Shown: positions 28,601 through 36,459 of the stretch, one piece after another | How the letters are laid out: each line of letters begins with the position of its first letter | Numbering within the stretch: position 1 is the first letter of the stretch | NCBI GenBank assembly: GCA_036336835.1 | Contig: JAYZFK010000008.1 | Location: forward strand, 1-45,952 | DNA from: Myxococcota bacterium | Lineage (GTDB): Bacteria; Myxococcota_A; UBA9160; UBA4427 | Direction: 5' to 3' | DNA length: 45,952 nt | Notes under the pieces: generated by a model | Databases searched by the model: none | Seen by the model: the letters and a program-made list of their open reading frames with translations, nothing else | What the model was told of the DNA's origin: nothing | Translations under genes and position numbers: made by a program

Positions 28601-29187
28601 CGCGACAGGGCCCAGCCGTAGATTCCGAAGTCGAGGTAGTCCTGCACGCTCGACGGGTTCAGGATCGGCATCCCGAGGTGGACCAGCGCCTGCTCGCTCT
28701 GGTGCGCGATCGAGGACGACTTGGCGCCTGGGTCGTCGCCGCACAGCACGAGCACGCCGCCCAGCGGCGCGGCACCCGCGTAGTTGCCGTGCTTGAGCGC
28801 GTCGCACGAGCGGTCGACGCCGGGCCCCTTGCCGTACCAGATCGCGAACACACCGTCTTGCTTGGCGTGGCCGAGCAGGCCCGCCTGCTGCGAGCCCCAG
28901 ACGGCGGTGGCCGCGATGTCTTCGTTCAGGCCCGGCTCGAAGCGCACGTTGCGCTGCTCGAGTACCGATTTGGCCTGCCACAGCGCCAGGTCGTAGGTAC
29001 CGAGGGGCGACCCGCGGTAGCCCGAGATGAAGCCGGCGGTATCGTGGCCCGCCGCGCTGTCGCGCATCCGCTGGACGAGTGGCAGGCGCACCAGCGCCTG
29101 CACGCCCGTGATGTAGATACGGCCCGTTTCGCGGGTGTACTTGTGGTCGAGCGTGTAGTCGCCGTCGAAGTCGGGGGCGCTGCTCAC
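25666..29187 (-). CDS. Indolepyruvate:ferredoxin oxidoreductase family protein (fused alpha/beta)
   Basis: GFISGYRGSPLG, WYGKGPGVDR, FCSGCPHN, GDGTYFHSG (TPP), CEGCGDC...CNKDFSC (Fe-S), GIGGTGV and KDEYEVARL. Confidence 0.93.
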   Translation of the reverse strand: MSSAPDFDGDYTLDHKYTRETGRIYITGVQALVRLPLVQRMRDSAAGHDTAGFISGYRGSPLGTYDLALWQAKSVLEQRNVRFEPGLNEDIAATAVWGSQQAGLLGHAKQDGVFAIWYGKGPGVDRSCDALKHGNYAGAAPLGGVLVLCGDDPGAKSSSIAHQSEQALVHLGMPILNPSSVQDYLDFGIYGWALSRYSGSWVGMKCLTDTVESSASVHVGHDRVQVVTPDDFPMPEGGLNIGFITGGLLAIEERLYHRRLPAVQAFVRANGLDRRPIDSPRKRLGIVTTGKAYLDVRQALDELGIDEQKAHELGLSIYKVALTWPLEPQGAREFARGMEELLVVEEKRPLVEDQLARVLYDLEPRPRLLGKRDVDGSPLVSDVGELTPGSVEQALRRWLERAAPDLVSPRKRAEVVQLPTISQGSLARRPAFCSGCPHNTSTVVPEGSFAFGGIGCHGMVAWMPERRTVSSTHMGGEGATWIGLSPFVDLPHIFQNMGDGTYFHSGYLCIRANVAAGTNITYKILVNGAVAMTGGQPIEGQPMDGAITSPEIARQLDAEGVKKIVIVSDEPDKYPRGSLPPGCEVYHRDRLDFVQRLLRPLPGVTAIVYDQTCAAEARRLRKRGEFPDPDRRTVINERVCEGCGDCSVQSNCISVEPAESEFGRKRRINQSSCNKDFSCVKGHCPSFLSVYGGELRVAASDAADTGGDAIFADLPLPQTPSIDEPFNLLVTGIGGTGVITVGALLGMAAHLEGQGVTVLDVTGLAQKNGPVTSHLRVAHDPEALHATRIASGSADLVLGCDIVVASSPENLEKMSPGRTTVIANDHVAPTADFAGNPDLDMSSKGMEVAITAAAGEDQCHFVSATALATALMGDAIATNLFLVGYAFQRGRLPVSLGALERAVELNGRQVEMNKRALAWGRLAAHDPARVQEIARPLLHGATDPTAGLLQSRDEILDHRSAELHRYSGRGMVRRYRKLVGQVAERERQLASNDETLSTAVARYFFKLLAVKDEYEVARLWTDGEFQHQLEQQFTGDYRISLHLAPPRIPLVDRFLRRADPDTGRTKKIDFGPWFFHVLKAMARLKFLRGTALDLFTTPHRRLERSLADEYEQRVEYLLGSLSKDNYALAVEIASIPEHIRGFEDVKERHLAEARDKERELLEAFRLHTPGAAA

Positions 29188-29316
29188 GGGGGGCTCCTGT
29201 GGGCGAAGTCGAACGATAGCGGCCGCCCCCTGCCACTCGCTCCCATCCTACGCGATCGCATCGAAAGCTGTCTCGACGAGGTCCCGTTCGATGTGCGAGC
29301 CTGGGCCGGTCCCTTC

Positions 29317-29356
29317 CGGTGGGCCGGAATCGGAGGCGGTGGGCCGGAATCGGAGG
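29317..29356. repeat. Perfect 20-bp tandem duplication CGGTGGGCCGGAATCGGAGG x2
   Basis: 29317-29336 is identical to 29337-29356. It lies in the divergent intergenic region, and the second copy carries the mauE SD. Confidence 0.9.
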
Positions 29357-29362
29357 AGTCGG

Positions 29363-29932
29363 GTGATCTCGTTCGCACTGGAAGGCGGAGTCGATCCCGT
29401 CGTGGGTTGGAGCCAGCGGATCTTTCTCGCCGCCGTGTTCGCTCGCGCGGCCTACGGGAAGCTGCGCGCCCCGCGCGCTTTCGCGGAAGCGATCCGCGGA
29501 TACGCCGTGCTCCCGGACTCTACGGCGATCGCGGGCAGCGCGGCCTTCGGACTGCTGACGCTGGAGGCCGTCGTCGTGGTCGGACTGCTCTCGTCCGACT
29601 GGGCGAGCGCGGCCTCGCTGGTGGCTGCGGGTCTGTTGTTGATCTACAGCGCCGCGATCGGACTCAACCTTGCCCGCGGCCGGCGCGACATCGACTGTGG
29701 CTGTGCGGGAGCGGGGGGGCGCACGGCGCTGCACGAGTGGCTGCTGGCGCGCAACGGGCTCTACGTCGCGATGGCGGCGTGTGCGGCGCTGCCGCTCGCC
29801 GCGCGGAACCTGCTCTGGCTCGATGCGATCACGATCGGGCTCGCCGTGCTCTCGCTCGGTACGCTCGCGGTGGCCTTCGACGGCCTGGCCGCCCTGGCGA
29901 CCGGGCTGCGTCGCGGCGAGGTGCGCAGATGA
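29363..29932 (+). CDS. mauE: Amine dehydrogenase accessory membrane protein MauE/AauE
   Basis: GGAGG SD plus GTG. KL..P..F..AI..Y, NLARGRRDIDCGC and LARN motifs, multiple TMs. Confidence 0.88.
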   Translation: MISFALEGGVDPVVGWSQRIFLAAVFARAAYGKLRAPRAFAEAIRGYAVLPDSTAIAGSAAFGLLTLEAVVVVGLLSSDWASAASLVAAGLLLIYSAAIGLNLARGRRDIDCGCAGAGGRTALHEWLLARNGLYVAMAACAALPLAARNLLWLDAITIGLAVLSLGTLAVAFDGLAALATGLRRGEVRR

Positions 29933-30564
29933 GCGAATCCCTACTCGTCTCCAATCTGGTGCTCTGGTGCGTCGTGGTGGTGATGGGTCTGGTGATCGCC
30001 GCCCTGGCGCGCCAGGTGGGTGTGCTGCACGAGCGCATCGCGCCGGCTGGGGCGCTCGCTGTCCAGGAAGGCGCGGTCGTCGGCGAGGACGCGCCCCGAG
30101 TCTCGGTCGAGACGCTCGACGGCGAGCCACTCGAGATCGGTGTCGCACGCACCGATCAGCGCGCCACGCTGCTGTTCTTCCTGTCGCCGTCGTGCCCCGT
30201 CTGCGAGACGCTGCTGCCTGCGCTGATGTCGCTGCACCGCTACGAGGCGGCGCGTCTCGATCTGGTGCTGGCGAGCGACGGAGAGGCCGGCGAGCACCGG
30301 CGCTTCGTCGCCGAGCAGAGGCTCGAGTCGCTGCCCTACGTGCTGTCGCCCGCGCTCGGGGTCGCCTACGGCGTGAGCAAGCTGCCGTTTGCAGCGCTCG
30401 TCGACGGCGACGGAATCCTGCGAGCGCGTGGGCTGGTCAACACGCGCGAGCACCTGGAGAGCCTGCTCGAAGCGATGGAGCTCGGGGTGGGCTCGATCCA
30501 GGAGTTTCTGGAGCGCGAAGCCTCCGGGTCCCGGGCGGAAATCGGCGTGGTCGAGGGGGCCTGA
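29929..30564 (+). CDS. mauD: Amine dehydrogenase accessory thioredoxin-like protein MauD/AauD
   Basis: LARQVGVLHERIAPAGAL, FLSPSCPVC, VSKLPFA, GLVNTREHLESLLEA and SIQEFL. Confidence 0.92.
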   Translation: MSESLLVSNLVLWCVVVVMGLVIAALARQVGVLHERIAPAGALAVQEGAVVGEDAPRVSVETLDGEPLEIGVARTDQRATLLFFLSPSCPVCETLLPALMSLHRYEAARLDLVLASDGEAGEHRRFVAEQRLESLPYVLSPALGVAYGVSKLPFAALVDGDGILRARGLVNTREHLESLLEAMELGVGSIQEFLEREASGSRAEIGVVEGA

Positions 30565-31790
30565 TGCGTGTCGCGTCGGTCGCACTGCGCTTCTCTGTGC
30601 TGCTCGCCACAGTGTTCTGTCTCGCCGCCTCGGTCCGCGCCGAGCTGGCGCCGGATCCCGCGAGCGCGTCGGCGACCGTCGGAAGGCCCGGGCCGCACTG
30701 GACCTTCTATCTCGACTTCGAGCTCGCCAACTTCCACGGTCGATTCGTCCTGATCGACGGCGACGATGCCGAGTTCCTGGCACACGTCTCGGCCGGTCAG
30801 ATGCCCTCGCTCGCGATCGCACCCGATGCGAGCGAGCTGTATGTCTCTGAGACCACCTACACGTACGGCTCACGTGGACAACGACACGACATCGTGACGG
30901 TCTACGACACCACGCACTACGCCGCGCAGGCGCACATCGCCCTGCCCACCGGCAAGCGCGCGCTGATGGCGTCGCTGCGGCGCATGACGCTGCTGGGAGA
31001 CCCGCGCTTCCTCGCGATCTACAATTACACTCCGGCGACTTCGCTCTCGATCGTCGATCTGAAGGAGCGGCGCCACGTCGCCGAGGCGCCCGCGCCGGGC
31101 TGTCATCTCGCCTTCCCCACCGGCGAGCGCGGCGTCTCGATGCTGTGCGGCGATGGCACGATGGCCACGCTCGTGTTCGACGAGCGCGGAGAGCTCGCCC
31201 GCACGCACCGCAGCGCGCGCTTCTTCGATCCCGACGCGGATCCGATCAAGACCGACGCCGCCCGGATCGGCTCGACCTGGTACTTCGTGAGCTATGCGGG
31301 CGACGTCTACCCTGTCGACCTGTCGGGCGAGAGGCCGGTGTTCGAGCCGTCCTGGGCGCTGGTCGATCACGCAGTGAGGCCGGCCGGCTGGCTCCGCGCA
31401 CTGCTCAGCCTGGGCAAGGCGGGCCCCTGGAAGCCGGGCGGAATGCAGCTCGCTGCTGGGCACAGCGCCCGCAAGGAGCTCTACGTGATCATGCATCCCA
31501 TCTTGTGGAGCCAGGGCAAGGGCGATCACGACTTCCCGGGCCCCGAGATTTGGGTCTTCGACGTCGAGCGTCGGCAACGCGTTCGCCGGCTCCCCGTGCG
31601 GGGCGTTGCGGTCTCGGTCGGCGTCACGCAGGACGACGAGCCCTTGCTGCTCGTCTCGGGCGCCGACATCGAGACCGAGGAGCTGCACCTCGAGATCTAC
31701 GACGCCGTGAGCGGCAGTTTCCTGCGCGAAATGTTCGAGTACGGCGACACCGTCTTCGCCTTCGAGCCGGTGCTGGGAGGTGCCCGATGA
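30564..31790 (+). CDS. mauB: TTQ amine dehydrogenase large (beta-propeller) subunit
   Basis: Signal peptide. SETTY.YGSRG.R.D.VTVYD, YNYTPATSLSIVD, PGC...CGDG, WKPGGMQ and EIWVFD. Confidence 0.88.
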   Translation: MRVASVALRFSVLLATVFCLAASVRAELAPDPASASATVGRPGPHWTFYLDFELANFHGRFVLIDGDDAEFLAHVSAGQMPSLAIAPDASELYVSETTYTYGSRGQRHDIVTVYDTTHYAAQAHIALPTGKRALMASLRRMTLLGDPRFLAIYNYTPATSLSIVDLKERRHVAEAPAPGCHLAFPTGERGVSMLCGDGTMATLVFDERGELARTHRSARFFDPDADPIKTDAARIGSTWYFVSYAGDVYPVDLSGERPVFEPSWALVDHAVRPAGWLRALLSLGKAGPWKPGGMQLAAGHSARKELYVIMHPILWSQGKGDHDFPGPEIWVFDVERRQRVRRLPVRGVAVSVGVTQDDEPLLLVSGADIETEELHLEIYDAVSGSFLREMFEYGDTVFAFEPVLGGAR

Positions 31791-32350
31791 GCGCGATCGA
31801 TCGCATGGCCGATCGCCTGACGCGCACACTGGCCCAGCGCACCTCGCGCCGGGGTGTGCTGGCCCGGATCGGAGCGGGGCTGCTGGGTGCTGCGGCGACG
31901 CCCCTGCTGCCCGTCTCGCGGGCCGGAGCGGGGATCCCCAACGGCCGGGACGTGCCGCCGACGACGACTGGCAATCCGGAGGATCCCGGCAACCCGCGCA
32001 GCTGCGACTACTGGCGCTACTGCGGGATCGACGGGTTCCTGTGCAGCTGCTGCGGCGGATCGGCGAGCAGCTGTCCTCCAGGTACGGAGATGGGTCCGAT
32101 CACCTGGCTCGGAACTTGCCAGAACCCGGCGGACGAGAAGCATTACATCATCCGCTACAACGACTGTTGCGGGAAGTTCGCGTGCAAGCGCTGCTTCTGT
32201 AATCGTAACGAGCGCGAAGAGCCGAAGTACCGGCCACAGAAGAACAACGAGATCCACTGGTGCCTTGGAACCAAGAGCACGGCCTATACCTGCTCGGTCG
32301 CCGCGATAGTCGGCGTGGCCCTCGAGCGCGACGACGCCGGCGGCGCCTGA
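31787..32350 (+). CDS. mauA: TTQ amine dehydrogenase small subunit (aromatic amine dehydrogenase type)
   Basis: Tat signal SRRGVL. CDYWRYCGIDGFLCSCCGG...CPPG, TTQ Trp in TWLGTC and IHWC, catalytic Asp in DCC, 14 Cys. Confidence 0.93.
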   Translation: MSAIDRMADRLTRTLAQRTSRRGVLARIGAGLLGAAATPLLPVSRAGAGIPNGRDVPPTTTGNPEDPGNPRSCDYWRYCGIDGFLCSCCGGSASSCPPGTEMGPITWLGTCQNPADEKHYIIRYNDCCGKFACKRCFCNRNEREEPKYRPQKNNEIHWCLGTKSTAYTCSVAAIVGVALERDDAGGA

Positions 32351-32775
32351 GCGCAACACTCGCTGTGGCGTTCGTGCTCGTCGTCGCAGCGGCGGCGCGA
32401 GCGGGCGGTCGAGGCCAGGGCGACCCGCGGCTCGACTACATCCTGCAATGTCAGGGCTGTCACCTGGCCGACGCTTCGGGTGCCGAGGCGGTCGGCGTCC
32501 CGCGGATGAAGGGCGTCGTCGGCCGCTTCCTGCAGGTCGAGGGCGGACGCGCCTATCTCGTGCAGGTCCCCGGTGTCGCCCAGGCGCCGCTCGACGATGC
32601 CGCGATCGCCGAGCTGCTGAACTGGATGCTGCAACGCTTCAGTGCCGACGAGCTTCCCGAGCCCTTCGAGCCGTATCTGGCCGAGGAGGTCGCGCGCCAC
32701 CGCAGTCGCACACCCATCGATGTTCCGGCGACGCGCGCGGAGCTGCTCGCGAGACTGGAGCGGCTCGAGCACTGA
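32347..32775 (+). CDS. Monoheme cytochrome c (start uncertain: CTG 32347 or GTG 32365)
   Basis: Hydrophobic signal, YILQCQGCH (CxxCH), GRAYLVQVPG and LLNW. Confidence 0.8.
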   Translation: MSATLAVAFVLVVAAAARAGGRGQGDPRLDYILQCQGCHLADASGAEAVGVPRMKGVVGRFLQVEGGRAYLVQVPGVAQAPLDDAAIAELLNWMLQRFSADELPEPFEPYLAEEVARHRSRTPIDVPATRAELLARLERLEH

Positions 32776-32789
32776 GGCCGGACCTCGTC

Positions 32790-33158
32790 TCAGAAGATCT
32801 CGTGCTCGACGGTCAGGAAGACGGAGCAGTTGGGCAGGTCGAGGATCCGCTGCTCGTCGGCGAGCAGCTGCTTGCCCGCGGCGATGGCCTCCGCGGAGCT
32901 ACCGGCGCCGATCGCCTCGAGCGAATCGAACCACACCTCGGTGATCCCGTCGTAGGGCTCGCCCGAGCCGCGCGAGGCGCGGAAGCCGTCGCTGGCGGGC
33001 CCCTCGATCAGGTGACTCTGCACGTAGCGCTTCATCTGCGGCAGATGCTCGCGGCACTTGCGCACCAGCGGCCCGTGATCGTTCAGCCAGCTCTGGTGGA
33101 ACTCTTCGAGCGACAGCTCCGGACGCCGGCGGCAGCAGAAGACGAGCTTGACGGCCAT
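32790..33158 (-). CDS. EthD-domain protein
   Basis: KLV...RRRPELSLEEF..W...HGPL, RYVQSH, YDGITEVWFDS and LADEQR..D. Confidence 0.85.
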   Translation of the reverse strand: MAVKLVFCCRRRPELSLEEFHQSWLNDHGPLVRKCREHLPQMKRYVQSHLIEGPASDGFRASRGSGEPYDGITEVWFDSLEAIGAGSSAEAIAAGKQLLADEQRILDLPNCSVFLTVEHEIF

Positions 33159-33333
33159 GGCCGCGAGCCTATCACGGCGTCGGCTCGAGGAACCGCACCG
33201 GCGTGTCGCGCAGTGCGGTCACGAGCTCTCGGGGCAACCGGGCGAGCTCTTCGGGGTGGTACTCGCGCGTCGACCGGAGATGACCCCAGACCGGCTGCGG
33301 CCAGCACGCGTCGCCGGGGCGCCGCCGTCCGGC

Positions 33334-34245
33334 TCACGATTCCAGCCGGGATCTCAGGAAGGCACGGGTGCGCGTCCGGTCCTCGGGGCTCGGATCGAGC
33401 TCGGTGGCGCGAAGATCCGTCACCCCGATTGCGGCGAGCTGGTCGAGCCCCTCGCCGACCTCCGCCTCGTCGCCGATCAGGCAGATGTCGGCGGGGCCCT
33501 CGGCGCCCTCGCGATCGAGCATGGCGCGGTAGGAGGGCATGGCTCCGTACAGCGCGAGCTTCTCCGCCGCGTAGGCACGCGCGCGTTCGGGCTCGTCGGT
33601 CAGGCACAGCGGAAGGCCCGCGACGATCCTCGGTGCCGGGCGCGCCGCGCGGTCGGCGGCTTCGCGCACGCGGGGAACGATGTGGCTCTCGAGCGTCTTC
33701 AGGCCGCACATCCAGGTGACGGTGCCGTCGGCCTGCTCGCCGGCCAGCGCGAGCATGCGCGGACCGAGAGCCGCCACCAGGATCGGTGTGGGGGGAGCCG
33801 CGGCGCTGAGCTGCCCGCGTGCGGTGATCAGCTCGCCCGCGTGCTGGACCGCCTTGCCGTCGAGCAGATCGCGAACGATCTCGAGATACTCGGCCGTGTG
33901 GCTGTAGGGCCGACTCCAATCGAGACCCCACATGCCTTCTACCGCAGGCGCGTGAGACGGGCCGATTCCGAGCACGAGCCGGCCATTGGCAGCCTGCTGC
34001 ACGGTCTGGGCCTGCACGGCCAACGCGACGGGGTGCCGCGGGTAGGTCGGGACCACGGCCACGCCCAGCTCGATCTCGGACACCTCGCGCGCGATCAACG
34101 CCAGCGCGGTGAGCGCGTCGACCCCGAAGATCTGGGACAGCCAGTACGCCGGGAAGCCGTCCTCGTGGGCCCCCCGCGCGTGCGCGATCGCATCGTCGAT
34201 GTGGCCGTGACCGCCGCCCCCGTTGATCCCGATGCGCAGCGTCAC
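33334..34245 (-). CDS. LLM-class (luciferase-like, probably F420-dependent) oxidoreductase
   Basis: GTGA overlap. IELGVAVVPTYPRHP, GRLVLGIGPSH, VAALGPRMLALAG..ADGTVTW and PSYRAMLDREG. Confidence 0.85.
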   Translation of the reverse strand: MTLRIGINGGGGHGHIDDAIAHARGAHEDGFPAYWLSQIFGVDALTALALIAREVSEIELGVAVVPTYPRHPVALAVQAQTVQQAANGRLVLGIGPSHAPAVEGMWGLDWSRPYSHTAEYLEIVRDLLDGKAVQHAGELITARGQLSAAAPPTPILVAALGPRMLALAGEQADGTVTWMCGLKTLESHIVPRVREAADRAARPAPRIVAGLPLCLTDEPERARAYAAEKLALYGAMPSYRAMLDREGAEGPADICLIGDEAEVGEGLDQLAAIGVTDLRATELDPSPEDRTRTRAFLRSRLES

Positions 34246-35120
34246 GCTCCCGGCCTCCGGTGTCCCCATTCGCTCATCGAGGTGTAGCGGGCGACGCGCC
34301 AGCACTCATCGTCCACCTGCACCCCGCCCCAGCCGAACTCGACGTCGAAGCCGGAAGGTGTCTGCGCATAGAACGAGAACATCCGGTCGTTTGCGTGGCG
34401 ACCCAGGCCCATCGCGATCGGCACGCCGGCGTCGAGCGCGCGGTCGTACGCGGCCCCGACCTCGTCGAAGGCGCGCGCCTCGATCATGAAGTGATGGATG
34501 CGTTTGGGCAGCGGCAGGCCGGAGAATGCGAGCGAGTGATGACGCGCGTTTGCGTGGAGGAAGGTCAGGTGGAGCGGGACGGAACCGAGCTCGATGTCGA
34601 TGAAGTCGGTCAGCCGAAGACCGAGCAGCTCGGTGTAGAAGTGTCGGGTCGCCTCGGGATCGGGTGCGGAGACCACCATGTGACCGGCGCCCTGCTCGCC
34701 CGCACAGAAGCCGCTCGCGACGCTGGGCGAGCAGAAGTTCGAGACCGCCATCCGCGGACCCCAGTAGAGCTCGGTCGGGACGCCCGCCGGATCCTCGCAG
34801 GCGAGCAAGCCCTCGACCTGCCGGGCTTCGCACTGCTCGGGCTTGCCGGGCTCGACGCGGATCCCCGCCTTGCTGAGCCGCTCACCGATCTCGTCCAGGC
34901 TTCGCTCATTCGCCAGCTCCCAGCCGACGTATGCGAGATCGTCGGCCGATCCGGGCTCGAGCGCGATCCGCCAGGCGTACTCATCCATCCGCATGCGCAG
35001 GACGCCCGACTCCTCGCGGTCGGCGACGGACAGGCCCAGGACGCGGGTCGCAAAGCTCTCCCAGGCTGCGACGTCGCTGACCTCGAAGCCCCAGTAACCG
35101 AGTTGCGAGACCGAGGTCAT
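34242..35120 (-). CDS. Extradiol ring-cleavage dioxygenase (HsaC/BphC-like, VOC fold)
   Basis: LGYWG, RMDE, GAGHMV, HANARHHSLA, IHHFM and LGRHANDRMFSFYAQTPSGFDVEFGWG. Confidence 0.92.
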   Translation of the reverse strand: MTSVSQLGYWGFEVSDVAAWESFATRVLGLSVADREESGVLRMRMDEYAWRIALEPGSADDLAYVGWELANERSLDEIGERLSKAGIRVEPGKPEQCEARQVEGLLACEDPAGVPTELYWGPRMAVSNFCSPSVASGFCAGEQGAGHMVVSAPDPEATRHFYTELLGLRLTDFIDIELGSVPLHLTFLHANARHHSLAFSGLPLPKRIHHFMIEARAFDEVGAAYDRALDAGVPIAMGLGRHANDRMFSFYAQTPSGFDVEFGWGGVQVDDECWRVARYTSMSEWGHRRPGA

Positions 35121-35163
35121 GTCCAGCTCCCTTGCGTTCGAGGTCCGGGCTCGGTGCGACCGC

Positions 35164-36324
35164 TCACAGGAATTGCTCGCCGCCGAGACTGCCTAGCGTC
35201 TGCTTGGCGCGGAGCGATCCGCTCTTCTCGAGATGATTCATCGCGTGCGCGCGGATCGCGATGACGTCGCGCAGCGCGCGCTGGAGGGGGTTGTCGTCGA
35301 AGATCGCGCGGCTTCCGGCCACCTGGAACACCCGAAGCGTCGCGCGAACGGACCACTCGACGGCGTGCACCACCGAGGAGCGGCAGTCGGCCCGAAGGGA
35401 CAGGGGGATCGCCTGGTTCTCGCCGACCAGCGACGACATCGCTCGCCACGGGCGCCGGATCCCCGCCGCGGCCGCTTCGACCTCACTGCCCGCCTCACCC
35501 AGGCGCGCGACCACCGTTGCATCCTGGGCCGGAGACGATCCATCGATCGTGGAGATTCGGCCTTCCGCCTGTCGGATCACTTCTTCGACCGCACCGCGCG
35601 CAACGCCGACGGCCGGCGCGGCAATCGCGCTGCAGAACACGCAGCCAAAGGGCAGCCGGTAGATCGGCCCCGGGTTGACCACGCTTCCGGGGTGCTTGCC
35701 GACGAATGCGTCCCCAAAGCTGTGCGTGCGATGTTCGGGTACGAAGGCCTCTTCCACGACGATGTCCTTGCTGCCCGTGCCGCGAAGACCCATGACGTGC
35801 CAGTTGTCGTCGATGAGGTAGTCGCTGCGCGGCAGCAGGAAGGTGCGGAGCTCGACGCCGTCGTCCAGCGGGACGAGTCCGCCGAGGAAGACCCAGTCGC
35901 AGTGATCGCACCCGCTCGAGAAGGACCAGCGACCGCTCAGCACGAAGCCGCCCGAGGCGGGCTCGACGCGCCCGGTCGGAGCATACGACGACGAGATCTG
36001 CACGGTCGGGTCATCGCGCCAGACGTCGTGCTGCGCGCGCTCGTCGAACAGCGCGAGCTGCCAGTTGTGCACTCCGACGACACCCAGCACCCAGGCGCTC
36101 GAGCCACAGGCGGTGCCGACTTCCATGACGGCTTCGTAGAAGCTCAGGGGATCCTGTTCGAGTCCTCCGAAGCGAGCGGGCTGGAGCGCGCGCAGCAGGC
36201 CTGTCTCGAGGAACGCCTTGCGTGTCTCCTCGGGCAGGCGGCGCTCGCTCTCAGCCCGTGCCGCGCGTTCTCTTATGCCGGGCAGCAGGTCCCGGACGAT
36301 CTCGGTCAGTCGATTGGACTCCAT
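35164..36324 (-). CDS. Two-component flavin-dependent monooxygenase, oxygenase subunit (HsaA-like)
   Basis: ALQPARFGGLE, ACGSSAWV, ISSSYAP, SGRWSFSSGCDHC, WHVMGLRGTGSKD and LQR..RD...H. Confidence 0.9.
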   Translation of the reverse strand: MESNRLTEIVRDLLPGIRERAARAESERRLPEETRKAFLETGLLRALQPARFGGLEQDPLSFYEAVMEVGTACGSSAWVLGVVGVHNWQLALFDERAQHDVWRDDPTVQISSSYAPTGRVEPASGGFVLSGRWSFSSGCDHCDWVFLGGLVPLDDGVELRTFLLPRSDYLIDDNWHVMGLRGTGSKDIVVEEAFVPEHRTHSFGDAFVGKHPGSVVNPGPIYRLPFGCVFCSAIAAPAVGVARGAVEEVIRQAEGRISTIDGSSPAQDATVVARLGEAGSEVEAAAAGIRRPWRAMSSLVGENQAIPLSLRADCRSSVVHAVEWSVRATLRVFQVAGSRAIFDDNPLQRALRDVIAIRAHAMNHLEKSGSLRAKQTLGSLGGEQFL

Positions 36325-36459
36325 CGCATCCTCCCGGCTGTCCACCGCGCTCGCGCGCAGTCTACGCGATGGAGCCCGCCAGGGTGCCCTTGGGGTTGGC
36401 GCTCGGGCTAGGATGACTCCGCCGCTCGCGCCGGCCGAGCTCTCGAGAAAGGACGGATC

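Noticed and set aside
26849..30148. Very long alternative-frame and antisense ORFs (e.g. 1099 aa here, 18102-20258, 20292-22118)
   Set aside because: They are Arg/Ala/Pro-rich or antisense shadows of real genes, typical of high-GC DNA, with no motifs.
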